From: the human T2T-CHM13v2.0 reference genome, Homo sapiens
Strand: one strand, 5' to 3'
Length of the DNA stretch: 64,000 bases
NCBI RefSeq assembly: GCF_009914755.1
Contig: NC_060929.1
The notes under the pieces were generated by a model. It worked only from the letters and a program-made list of their open reading frames with translations, had not been told where the DNA came from and did not search any database. The position numbers and the translations under genes are program-made. The stretch's first letter is position 1. Every line of letters starts with the position of its first letter. This document shows positions 41,412-56,180 of the stretch, in pieces.

Positions 41412-42301
41412 TTTAACAAACTATCACTGAGAAAAAGAACTCTTAAGTTATGTCTCTGTTTATCATAAAAGGGGATCATGGTGGTCTGGTGATGGCCATC
41501 ATGAGCTGAAGTAAGAAGGAAGGGTGCATAGATGTCCAGAATTAGCCATGTCAGAAGTGTCCTCTAGCTCTTAACATTCTATGATTCTATGTATAGGAAA
41601 CTGAAGGAAGCCAATTACGTTTTGAACTTTTATATTACTATAGGGTATCTGAACTGAGATAATGAAACAAACATAGTTCAAAGGAAGGCACAAGCAAGGT
41701 ATTCTTATGAAAACCAGCAGTGATTCCACACATAAGTCATCTAACACCTTTCAAATATTGCTCATTATTTTTAGCACTGGATTACTTTTCACCAAGTATG
41801 ACTTATATGTGTTGTGTATTTTTAAATCTAAATCAATGCTTTCTTGTAGCAATATACAAAGGCTAGAAAGTATACAATGGCCACACAGTCCTGGTTTGGC
41901 AATATGGGAAGAATCTTTATTATCAATTATGGTATTAAAATTATTCCTAGGACTATGGGTATATTTTCTGTACTTCAATCTTTTTTATGTTCCTACCTCG
42001 CTCTCAGGTTAAAACAGAGATGACATATACTAATGAACTTTTAAAATACCAATACCTTTGAGTTTTCTTATAAGTTTTCCTATTGTGAATATACTGTCAA
42101 AAAAGCCAAACGTGCCTATTTCAACCTTCACTGTGGTGAGGCTTGTAGGGTGATTTGGGTCATCTTTCTCTGGAACAGGTTTTTAGCCAGCTTCATTTTA
42201 AAAAAAGGATCAATGATCAGAACTGCCTGTGATGCACAGTGTGAGTAATGGCTTTAAAGAAGTTTTTGTGCCAGTAAGTCTTGCTTGCATTCTTTTTTTT
42301 T

Positions 42302-42887
42302 AATTTTCATAAAAGATATTTTATATAAGCCATCATTTTCATTTTCAGAAAGATAAATCAGAGAAAAAAAAAGGATGAGAACCCTTGAAAATAATCTTAG
42401 TAGGATGAGGTGACTGAAGCTTTGAGACACACGCTTTGGAAAGTGGAGGGAACACTTACTGCAAGTGGAAGCTTCAACCTGAGAACTGGAGGCAGGCAGC
42501 TTACAGTCTGGCCTCATTGGCAAGCTTCAGGGAAGGAGGTGGAAGATGCTTCAGTTCCTCCCCCTCTCTGCAGAGGAGCACGTGTGCTCATCTGTTGTTC
42601 TACTCCATGCATAACTTTTCAGGAGCTGGACCTTGTTAGGGAGGCCTGACGATGTCCAGGTCTGTGTGTGCCGAGTTTAATTTGGGGTGCATTAGTCACA
42701 AGTCTTTTTGACGAACAATCTAAATTACATTTCTTCCAACCTATTTATCAACTACCAAAGGGGGGTCTTTTGATTTCCCTCTCACCAACTACTACCTCTG
42801 TGTCCCAATTTGTCTTGAAATCAAGTAAAGAATGCTTATTCTTAGGGCCATCGTTTAAGCTCCAATATGGTTATTAGTACTCATAAA
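42302..42887 (-). other. putative SVA 3'-transduced unique sequence (586 bp)
   Basis: lies between SVA poly(A) (T14, 42888-42901) and a second T run (42293-42301) that abuts TSD cttgcattctt; TATAAA on the minus strand 18 nt before the second tail. Confidence 0.8.
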
Positions 42888-44354
42888 TTTTTTTTTTTTT
42901 TAATTGATCATTCTTGGGTGTTTCTCACAGAGGGGGATTTGGCAGGGTCATAGGACAATAGTGGAGGGAAGGTCAGCAGATAAACAAGTGAACAAAGGTC
43001 TCTGGTTTTCCTAGGCAGAGGACCCTGCGGCCTTCCGCAGTGTTTGTGTCCCTGGGTACTTGAGATTAGGGAGTGGTGATGACTCTTAACGAGCATGCTG
43101 CCTTCAAGCATCTGTTTAACAAAGCACATCTTGCACCGCCCTTAATCCATTTAACCCTGAGTGGACACAGCACATGTTTCAGAGAGCACAGGGTTGGGGG
43201 TAAGGTCATAGATCAACAGGATCCCAAGGCAGAAGAATTTTTCTTAGTACAGAACAAAATGAAAAGTCTCCCATGTCTACTTCTTTCTACACAGACACAG
43301 CAACCATCTGATTTCTCTATCTTTTCCCCACCTTTCCCCCTTTTCTATTCCACAAAACCGCCATTGTCATCATGGCCCGTTCTCAATGAGCTGTTGGGTA
43401 CACCTCCCAGACGGGGTGGTGGCCGGGCAGAGGGGCTCCTCACTTCCCAGTAGGGGCGGCCGGGCAGAGGTGCCCCTCACCTCCCAGATGGGGTGGCTGG
43501 CCGGGCGGGGGCTGACCCCCACCTCCCTCCCGGACGGGGTGGCTGCTGGGCGGAGACACTCCTCATTTCCCAGACGGGGTGGCTGCCAGGCGGAGGGGCT
43601 CCTCACTTCTCAGACGGGGCAGCTGCCGGGCGGAGGGTCTCCTCACTTCTCAGACGGGGCGGCGGGGCAGAGGCGCTCCCCACATCTCAGACTATGGGTG
43701 GCCAGGCAGAGACATTCCTCACTTCCTAGATGGGATGGCGGCCAGGAAGAGGCGCTCCTCACTTCCTAGATGGGATGGCAGCCGGGCAGAGATGCTCCTC
43801 ACTTTCCAGACTGGGCAGCCAGGCAGAGGGGTTCCTCACATCCCAGACGATGGGCGGCCAGGCAGAGACGCTCCTCACTTCCCAGACGGGGTGGCGGCCG
43901 GGCAGAGGGTGCAATCTCGGCACTTTGGGAGGCCAAGGCAGGTGGCTGGGAGGTGGAGGTTGTAGTGAGCCGAGATCACACCACTGCACTCCAGCCTGGG
44001 CACCATTGAGCACTGAGTGAACGAAACTCCGTCTGCAATCCCGGCACCTCGGGAGGCCGAGGCTGGCGGATCACTCGCGGTTAGGAGCTGGAGACCAGCA
44101 CGGCCAACACAGCGAAACCCCGTCTCCACCAAAAAAATACGAAAACCAGTCAGGCGTGGCGGCACGCGCCTGCAATCGCAGTCACTCGGCAGGCTGAGGC
44201 AGGAGAATCAGGCAGGGAGGTTGCAGTGAGCCGAGATGGCAGCAGTACCGTCCAGCTTCGGCTCGGCATCAGAGGGAGACGTGGAAAGAGAGGGAGAGGG
44301 AGAGGGAGAGGGAGAGGGAGAGGGCGAGGGAGAGGGCAAGGGCGAGGGCAAGGG
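42888..44354 (-). mobile_element. full-length SVA retrotransposon (SVA_C/D-like)
   Basis: poly(A), SINE-R about 42902-43400, GC-rich VNTR about 43401-43905, Alu-like domain about 43906-44280, 11 (CCCTCT)-type hexamers 44289-44354. Confidence 0.98.
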
Positions 44355-44480
44355 CTTGCATTCTTGTCAAGCTGTTTGCCTGTGTGGGATTTGATCATTT
44401 GAACATATCGGTAGCTGACAGAATTTGACAGCTGCTGTAGATGTCATTTTTTTGTTTTTGTTCTTAAGACATTCTTTTAA

Positions 44481-44799
<319 letters not shown>

Positions 44800-46014
44800 A
44801 CTTTTAATCTTTTAATGGTTCTCCTCACAAAGCAATGACCCAGAGCAGCTGCCACTTTTGCCCATAGGAAAAACTAAACCTATCAGTTATTGGGAAAATA
44901 TTTTTTTATCCTATTGGCTATAGGATAATAAGAGGAAGATAAGACTTCTTGCTTTGTTTTCCAGATTTCTTTTACACATGGTAGATTATGTAATCCTTGG
45001 GCCAATGTAATAAAGTTCATAAGAAAAGTGCTTTATTCCTGTTTTATGAATGAGAAATCTGAGGCAGAGAATTGTTATTAACAGGGAAGCACTGGCACTC
45101 TGGCTTATTAGTTCATAACTAGGCTTTAATTTTCATTTTAATTAAATACTTGGATTTAATCTCAAATATGACAAATAATTTTAGGAGAGCATACCCCATT
45201 CATATCTAGGTTCTAAAAAACGGCTAGTAATTGAAGATAATACTTTCCACTTACAAGTTACCCAGTCTTACTAATGACATTTTTTTCCATCTATATGTTC
45301 AATTTGAGGCACAATTATGGTCTTGTTCTTCGAGACAAAGAACAGACCATTAAATAGACTAATTCCCTCCCAGCCCCTTTCTGCCTGTTTTCACGCTGTA
45401 GAAAACACTGAACATCTGGTTTTTCTCCACTTGAGCCCTGTATTTGAATTTCAGAACATATGGGTCAGAGCACTACAGGAAAAGAAAGATAGAGATTTAT
45501 ACAGATGACTTTGGCAATTCTAACCTTCTTTTTTCCAATGAGTGAAAATGTCTTTGTGCATGCTGCATGTCAGAGCCCTTGCTTTGTGCTACACCCAGTA
45601 TCCCTTTCATGAAATGTATATGATAGAAAGATTGCATGTGGAAAATCTAGGGCAATTATACTTATTAGCAATAGAAAGGGCCTGGACTTGCAGATCTCAG
45701 AGATCCTTTCAGTTTTAACAGCCTGGACTTTCAAATATTAACAGTGGCACAATGTTATCTCCAAGTGATTGTGTCATGATGGTGTTGGGGAGATAGCAAA
45801 AGAGCATGGTGGGAGGGCCGGGGTTAGGAATGGGAGTGGGATGTGGCTTCAATAGATATATGACCTAAGAAATGGGATTGAAGGATGAAGGGCACAATGA
45901 TGAGAAATATTATAGAACCAATTTTAGAGAAATAATGGATAATCAGTCATAAAGTTAGAGTCATCATAGACATAATTCTGTGGACCCAGAGCAGGGGAAA
46001 GGGGAGCTAAGATG

Positions 46015-46120
46015 TCAGCATAGTGTTAAAAAGTTTGGGTTCTGGAATCAAAGCACACGGATTCAGATCCCAGCTCTGCCACCTACTAGCTGTGTGACCT
46101 GCACTGATTAGCACTCCTTA
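46015..46120 (+). mobile_element. MIR 5' part
   Basis: 'agcatagtgttaaaaag...ttcagatcccagctctgccacctactagctgtgtgacct'. Confidence 0.8.
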
Positions 46121-46123
46121 GAG

Positions 46124-46355
46124 CAGTAGTTTCTGTTTGTTTGCATATGAGAACACTAGATTCACTGGGGGGAGTTTTGAAAAAATACTGATGGACAGGC
46201 CCACTTCTGAAACAATCCAATCAGAGTTGGGTGTGGCAGGGGCAGGCTTGAGACCCTAATTTGAAAGCCACAATTTGACAGCCAGGGTTCCCAAAGTTCT
46301 TTGTGCATCACCATCAACTAGAGGGTTCATTAAAACAGATCGCTGGGCCACACCC
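46124..46355. mobile_element. MER5-family fragments (two)
   Basis: 'cagtagtttct...gattcactggggggagttttgaaaaaatactgatg' and 'catcaccatcaactagagggttcattaaaacagatcgctgggcc'. Confidence 0.6.
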
Positions 46356-46945
46356 TCATAAAAAGCAAAATTGAGAACCAAATAGTTTGTCTACTATCAG
46401 AATATTTGAATCTATAATTGTCCTAAAACATCTGATACTTGAATTATTAAATAAAAACAATGATATAAAGGGAACAGGAAAAAAAGAATGAAAAAGAATA
46501 ATTCTGTATAAGATGAAGGACAAGTTGAAATTTAGCACATACATGGAATTGAACATAATTAAATCATTAGGAATTCTGCGGTTCAAGTTTTCTGTCTCCT
46601 TTTGAGTGAATTTATAGGTTGAGTCCTCCTGACACAAGCAATTTTTTAAACATTAACTACAGTTGGTTTTCTGAGGTGAGAAATTATAAATATCCTAAGA
46701 AAATCATCAATACTAGAAGAAAAAATATGGCTACTCTCAGGTGATAAATGTTAACATAAAAAGAGACCAATTTGTACATGGAAAATCTAGCCCTAAAGCA
46801 TACAGAGTGTAATCTGGAAAATGCTGTAATAGTGAAATAAATGTAATTTCTGCCCTCTCTTGATGATGTCTTTTCCTGGAAAGCTTTGCTTCTTTATTTT
46901 GGTTCTGATGTAATATGGTAGAATTAGAATGGTCTCTGCTCTAGA

Positions 46946-47091
46946 GCCTTGCTATACAATGTGTGGTCTAGAATCCTGAAAGTGTGTTAGAAGTGCAGTA
47001 TCTCAGGTATCTTCCTAGACCCACTAAATTAGAATTTGCACTTGAACAAGATTCCTGGGTGAGTTACATGCTCATTAAAGTTCCAGAAGCT
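46946..47091. mobile_element. MER5A/B
   Basis: 'tgttagaagtgcagtatctcagg...agaatttgcacttgaacaagattcctgggtga'; flanks ctctagag/ctctacaa fit the hAT target. Confidence 0.7.
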
Positions 47092-49514
47092 GCTCTACAA
47101 CATTCCGACATTGTAACTCAGGGGTTCTGGGGAAGCAGATCATGCTCTAACAGAGTGTGTGAAGATACATGAGCTTAGATGCTGCTCCAGTTAAGATATG
47201 TGTTGGTTATAGACAAGTCTGCAGAGAAAAGTCCCAAAGAAGAGGACACATAGGCTGTTGTCAGCATTTACCTTGGCCACAGGGTATGAACGTTCAGGCC
47301 AATATTGGGTGAAGAAAAGGTCAAAGGATGGGGAGACACTCTCATGACACTGGCTGAAGCCACTTGGTCCTAGTTATCTTGTCTTTCAAAAGGTTAACCA
47401 GATACTGATAGAGGAATAGGGAGTGAATAGAAATAATAAGAAAATGCCATCACCACTGGTTTGTTGAAGGTTTATCCTAGTGGGATACAAACATGCAAGG
47501 GTCTTGTTTCTTTTCAGCCAGTGCCTTTGACCTCATTCTGTTGAATCTGCTTTCAAACCACCTCCAGCAATTAAGTCCAGGTCAGTCTAATCTAAAACTC
47601 CAGTCGTATCTGCCCTGTCTCCTAACTCAGGGTTTATTAATGCCCAGAGGGGGCCTGAAGTGAGAGACAGGGAACTTGCTGTCAGATTCCATTTTCCTTT
47701 TTTTTTTTTTTTTTTTTTGGCCTTCTTTGGTGTGTTGGGCTAGGGAAGAGGGAGCTGGGAAGAGAAGGGGAAGATGGAAATGGATGTTTGGACACACACG
47801 TAATCTCCTTAGGTGGCCCTGTGGAAGAGACTCCTGATTCATAGTTCCTCTCATGGAAGATCTGTCTCCAGCTTCAACTCTTCCAAACTCTTCTCTTGGA
47901 TTCCAGCTTCCTCACCATCAGGACATCACATAGTCACAAGCTCCTGCTGATTTCTGAAGCAATAGACAGCCCTCTTGATTAGGGGGCTAGCTACATAGTT
48001 CAAGTCCTGCTTCCTACCACAGCATTCTCTTTACCTATGAGAAACTCACACATCCTTGTGTCTCTGCATGGTTTCACCTTCATTACCTCCTTTCCATCTG
48101 TGTTCAATTCTCTTCTCTATTCAGATAGGGCCTGAGGGCAGAGTAGCACGTCACACTGGGGAATGAGATGTCACGTCTCACCTTCTTGCAGACATCTTCA
48201 ATTCCTACAAGTGATCCTTTAGAGGACCCCCCACTGGACTTTATGGGTGAACATTCACCTTCCTTCTTCATTCAGTGAGGTGGAGCTTCAGTGCCCCAAC
48301 TAGACTCAGTATCAGTCACATGGGATTCAGAGGATCTACATCTCCTACCTCCTTTTCCCCCTCTCTAGTCTCCTGTTTAAGATATGAGAGAGTGTTCTGA
48401 GGGATGTTTGTAAGCAACAGTTACCTCTTACTAAATCTTGGAGGGGCCGTCTGTTTTCCAAGTTATTTGCACCTTATTTAGGATGTGAGGTATTAGATAA
48501 TCCTGTGTCCTAAGTTTTGAGACCCAGTTGCCAATTCCAGAACAGTAGGAAAGGTTCTACTTAACAATCTCCTACAGTATAATACACACTATTTATTAAT
48601 CACTTCCTTTGTACCAGTTGTATTAAGTCATTTACAAATTTTATTTCACTTAATTCATATGACAACACCATATGGTAGTTTCTATTATTTTCATTTAAAC
48701 AATTACTGTAATGAACTTTTGCCATATCTGGTTACATAAAATATTTTTAAAATATTGTAATAATTCCACATAATGTAAGTTTTAACTGTCCCAATGAGGA
48801 AACCAACAAGGAAAACTTCCTCTGTTTCTGGGTAAGAATAAGTGATTTAGATTCTACCCATCAGATGCACCTGTAAGAACTTCATTCTGAATTGTTACAT
48901 GGGGGAAAGAGGCATGGTGCTGAGTTTTTATCGTGTAGCAGATACTGAGACAGAGAGACAAGGGCTCTGTTACTGGCCATGGTGAGAGCAGCATCCTGAC
49001 TTGAGGATGGCTGTGTCAGCAGTTTACTTGACAGGCTGGTTTTGAGAAGTGGCTCTGGGAGTTCCCCCTAGAAGCTCAGCCCAGTGTTTGCCTCTTCAGC
49101 CCTTCCAAAGATTTTGGGGGCCCCCTCTGTCTCTTACTAAAAAATTCTTTGCTTATACCAGCTGTGCAGGTATGTTGGCTGTAACTAACAACAACAAAGT
49201 CTATCTTGCTTCTACTCTCCATATTTGAAGGCACATTGAAAGAGAGAAAAGCCACAGGCATGAATGTGAGCTGTAACAATAATTCTTAGAAAAATCTAAG
49301 AGTCAGGATTATCAATGTTTATAATATTTTTCTGTGACCCATTGATATATGCTCCCTATCACAGTGTTCTTTTGAAACTAAAATGCTCATGAGGAAAATG
49401 TTTTAGATATGTGAAGACTTGCTCTAGCTGCAAAATGTTGTTTACAGACATGCACATTTAAGATTTTGTTCTTGCATTGGTTTCCTGCATACAATTCTTC
49501 AAATTTGTTTCACT

Positions 49515-49750
49515 GAGGCATGGGATCATGGGCCAAGGAGTCAGAAGACCTGTTTGAGTCCTGGCTCTTCCAATTATTAGTTGTGTAGTCTTAGGAAAGT
49601 CTACTAACTGCTTTGAGATTCAGTTTCCTCATTACAAAATTGAAACAACCATAGCAGTAATATTTGCCAACCATACATGGTTGCTGGGAATACCAAAACA
49701 GAATTTTTATGGAGAAGAATTAACATAAATAAAATAATCATTATTATAGC
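49515..49750 (+). mobile_element. MIR
   Basis: 'ggagtcagaagacctgtttgagtcctggctct...cagtttcctcatt'. Confidence 0.75.
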
Positions 49751-49835
49751 TATGTTCTTTTGAATAATGTCTGTGAGTAAAAAAATGGTGGGAAATAAAT
49801 GACTCTTAAAAACTCAGACTATTAGAAGAAAAAAG

Positions 49836-51000
49836 GAGGATTTCCAGCAAGATGGCTGAATAGGAACAGCTCTGGTCTGCAGGTCCCAGCAAGATCAATG
49901 CAGAAGACAGGTGATTTCTGCATTTCAAACTGAGGTACCTGGTTCATCTCATTGAGACTGCTTGGACAATGGTTGCAGCCCACAGAGGGCGAGCCGAAGC
50001 AGAGCGAAGCGTCCCTCACCTGAGAAGCGCAAGGGGTTGGGGGATTTCACTTTCCTAGCCAAGAAAAGCCATGAGAGACTGCACTGGGAGGAATGGTACA
50101 CTCCTGCCCAGATACTGTGCTTTTTCCATGGTCTTCACAACCAGCAGACCAGGAGATTCCCTCTGGTGCCTGGCTCGGCGGGTCCCATGCCCATGGAGCC
50201 CAGCAAGCTAAAATTCATTAGCTTAAAATTCTTGCTGCTAGTGCAGCAGTCTGAGATCAACCTAGGATGCTGGAGCTTGGTTGGGGGAGGGATATCAGCC
50301 ATTGCTGAGGCTTGAGTAGGTGGTTCTATGCTCACAGTGTAAACAAAGCTGCTGGGAAGTTCAAACTGGGCGGAGCCCACCGCAGCTCAGCAAGGCCTAC
50401 TTCCTCTCTAGATTCCACCTCTGTGGACAGGGCATCTCTGAACAAAAGGCAGCAGCCCCAGTCAGGGACTTATAGATAAAACCCCCATCTCGCTGGGACA
50501 GAGCACCTGGGGGAAGGGGCGGCTGTCGGCGCAGCTTCAGCAGACTTAAACGTCCATGCCTTACAGACCTGAAGAGAGCAGTGGTTCTCCCTGCACAGTG
50601 TTTGAACTCTGATAACGGACAGACTGCCTCCTCAAGTGGGTCCCTGACCCCCATGTAGCCTGACTGGGAGACACCTCTCAGTAGGGGCCAACAGACACCT
50701 CATACAGGAGAACTCTGGCTGGCATCTGGCAGGTGCCCCTCTAGGATGAAGCTTCCAGAGGAATGATGAGGCAGCAATATCTGTTGTTCTGCAGCCTTTG
50801 CTGGTGATACCCAAGCAAACAGGGTCTGGAGTGGACTTCCAGCAAACACCAACAGACCTGCAGCTGGGGGGCCTGACTGTTAGAAGGAAAACTGACAAAC
50901 AGAAAGGAATAGCATCAACATCAACAAAAAGGACATCCACAAAAGAACCCCATCCATAGGTCACTAACGTCAAAGACCAAAGGTAGATAAAACCACAAAG
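49836..51000 (+). promoter_or_regulatory. L1 5'UTR internal promoter with YY1 motif (caagatggc, about 49848-49856); many CpGs decayed
   Basis: sequence match to L1PA 5'UTR; activity unknown. Confidence 0.6.
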
Positions 51001-52032
51001 ATGGGGAGAAACCAGCGCAGAAAGGCTGAAAATTCAAGAACCAGAAGGCCTCTTCTCCTCCAAAGGATCACAACTCCTTGCCAGCAAGGGAACAAAGCTG
51101 GACGGAGAATGAGTTTGACAAATTGACAGAAGTAAGCTTTAGAAAGTGGGTAATAACAAACTCCTCTGAGTTAAAGTGGCATGTTCTAACCCAATGCAAG
51201 GAAGCTAAGAACCTTGAAAAAAGGCTAGACGAATGGCTAACTAGAAGAATCAGTGTACAGAAGAACATAAATGACCTGTTGGAGCTGAAAAACACAGCAC
51301 AAGAACTTCGTGAAGCATACACAAGCTTCAATAGACGAATCAATCAAGTGGAAGAAAGAATATCAGTGATTGAAGATCAAATTAATGAAATAAGGTGAGA
51401 AGACAAGAGTAGAGAAAAAAGAGTAAAAAGAAACAAAGCCTCCAAAAATATGGGAGTATGTGTAAACATGCTTCTATCAAACAAACCTATGTTTGATTGG
51501 TGTACCTGAAAGTGATGGGGAGAATGGAACCAAGCTGGAAAACACTCTTCAGGATATTATCCAGGACAACTTCCCCAACCTAGCAAGGCAGGCCAACGTT
51601 CAAATTCAGGAAATACAGAGAACACCTCAAAGATATTCCTTGAGAAGAGCAACCCCAAGACACATAATCATCAGATTCACCAAGGTTGAAATGAAGGAAA
51701 AATTATTAAAGGCAGCCAGAGAAAAAGGTCGGGTTACCCACAAAGGGAAGACCATCAGACTGACAGCAGACCTCTCTGCAGAAACCCTATAAGCCAGAAG
51801 AGTGTGGGGGCCAATATTCAACATTCTTAAAAAAAAGAATTCTCAACCTAGAATTTCATATCCAGCCAAACTATGCTTCATAAGTGAAGGAGAAATAAAA
51901 TCCTTTACAGACAAGCAAATGCTGAGAGATGCTGTCACCACCAGGCCTGCCTTACAAGAGCTCCTGAAGGAAGCACTAAACATGGAAAGGAACAACCAGT
52001 ACCAGCCACTGCAGAAACATGCCAAATTGTAA
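51001..52032 (+). pseudogene. L1 ORF1p remnant (frameshifts and stops)
   Basis: peptides 'WTENEFDKLTEV', 'IGVPESDGENGTKLENTLQDII', 'PRISYPAKL'; stops at 51396-98 and 51790-92. Confidence 0.95.
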
Positions 52033-52095
52033 AGATCACTGATGCTATGAAGAAACTACATCAACTAATAGGCAAAATAACCAACTAGCATCATA

Positions 52096-54560
<2,465 letters not shown>

Positions 54561-55879
54561 ACAATGAGAACACATGGACACGTTGCGGGGCGGGCAGGAA
54601 CATTACACACCAGGGCCTTTTGGTGTGGTGGTAGGCTGGGGGAGGGGATAGCATTAGGAGAAATACCTAATGTAAATGACGAGTTGATGGGTGCAGCAAA
54701 CTAACATGGCACATGTATGCCTGCGTAACAAACCTGCACGTTGTGCACAAGTACCCTAGAATTTAAAAATATAATAAAGAAAAAAGACATTTTTAGGAAG
54801 GTATGGAGAACAAATATATATTTTTTGTATGCAAATTTTTCTTTTTTTTTCAAATTTTGTGAGGCTTCTGATCTTTTATTAAGCATGGATATGTTTTAAT
54901 GTAGCTCTTTAGAGCTCCAGGAGAGTCAAATACATTTCATCTGTATTTTTGAAAAGGACGGCCAATTTTCTGCATGTTTTGTTATCCCTGAAAACTTAAT
55001 TCCAAAATATTACTTGTTCGGCCAAATCCACTGAGGTTGCCCAGAGGTTCCAGATCTCTGATGCTGGGTAGTTGCTGAGTCAAGTTTGTCTTTTGCAGAT
55101 GGAATGTAAGGATGCTGGAGCACTTATAGTGTCTAGTGAGGACAGCCAAGGACGTAACCATAAGGAACTGCTCTCTCCTGCCCTCTCCTTTTTTCAGAGG
55201 AGAAGGTAGGTCTGACAAAGCAGCCACACATCCTCTTGGGTGTACTGCACCCCTCTCCTGCCTTTCCAATCTGTGCTGCAGGATTACTCCATTTTTCTGA
55301 GCACAGAAATTAAACAGAGCACATTTTTTAGTAATTTGCAAAAGTGGGTATGATCACAGGATAGTCTTGTTATTATAATTTTCAATCATGTTCCATCCTC
55401 ATTTTTCTAATCATTGTATGCATAGGATGAGCTGGTGATAGCTATATTTCCTGGCACCTGGGACCACTGTACACTGAGAAAGCATTTGTAATGGGAGAAT
55501 GGGCTCCACTTGCCACGGGGCCGCTCTCAGCAGGGAGCCTCACATGTCAGCTGCCCAGCTGGGGAGATGGCAGAAGCCAATGAGCACATGATAAGTTACC
55601 TCTCTGGTGTTATCCTGAAATCTTCAGTAGAGTTACTTATTTCATAATATTCTGACTGTGATTGGATTCCCTGAGGGAACTGGAGAAAGTCTGAAAATTC
55701 TGTACAGCTGATAGGATGACAAAGCAGAGACATTTTTGAAGAAGGAAGGTTGAAATGTGGATTAAGCGTGGAGAGGGCTTTTGACTTGGAAACGGGTTGC
55801 AGACAAAGTTGAATAACATTTCTGGGGTCAAAGAGGCTTGGTGGATGCTTGAGTTATATTTAATGGAAACAATCCTCGC

Positions 55880-56090
55880 TATAACTAGCATTTGAGTGGT
55901 GCTTTACAACATACAAAGAGCTCTTTATACATCAGATCTCATTTCATCCTCCTAAGAAATCTTTGAAGAAAGTATTAGTGTTCTCATTTTTCTTACAAGG
56001 AAGCTGAGGCTAAACTTTCTTGTTTAATTAACTTAAACTTACATAGCTGGTCAGTGGCAGAGATAGATATGTAACCTCATCTAAAGTACC
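55880..56090 (-). mobile_element. MIR
   Basis: 'tagcatttgagtggtgctttac...atctcatttcatcctc...aaggaagctgaggct'. Confidence 0.75.
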
Positions 56091-56139
56091 ACAACTGTCC
56101 TGTTGATCACATTGGGGAAGATGATGGTGACTTTTCATT

Positions 56140-56143
56140 ATAT

Positions 56144-56174
<31 letters not shown>

Positions 56175-56180
56175 TTATTT
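56140..56180. repeat. (ATTT)n microsatellite
   Basis: direct reading. Confidence 0.9.

Noticed and set aside
43073-44398. Cluster of overlapping 70-128 aa GC-rich ORFs, and a repeat array superficially like CRISPR
   Set aside because: All lie within SVA SINE-R/VNTR/Alu-like domains; VNTR units are contiguous with no unique spacers and there are no cas genes.
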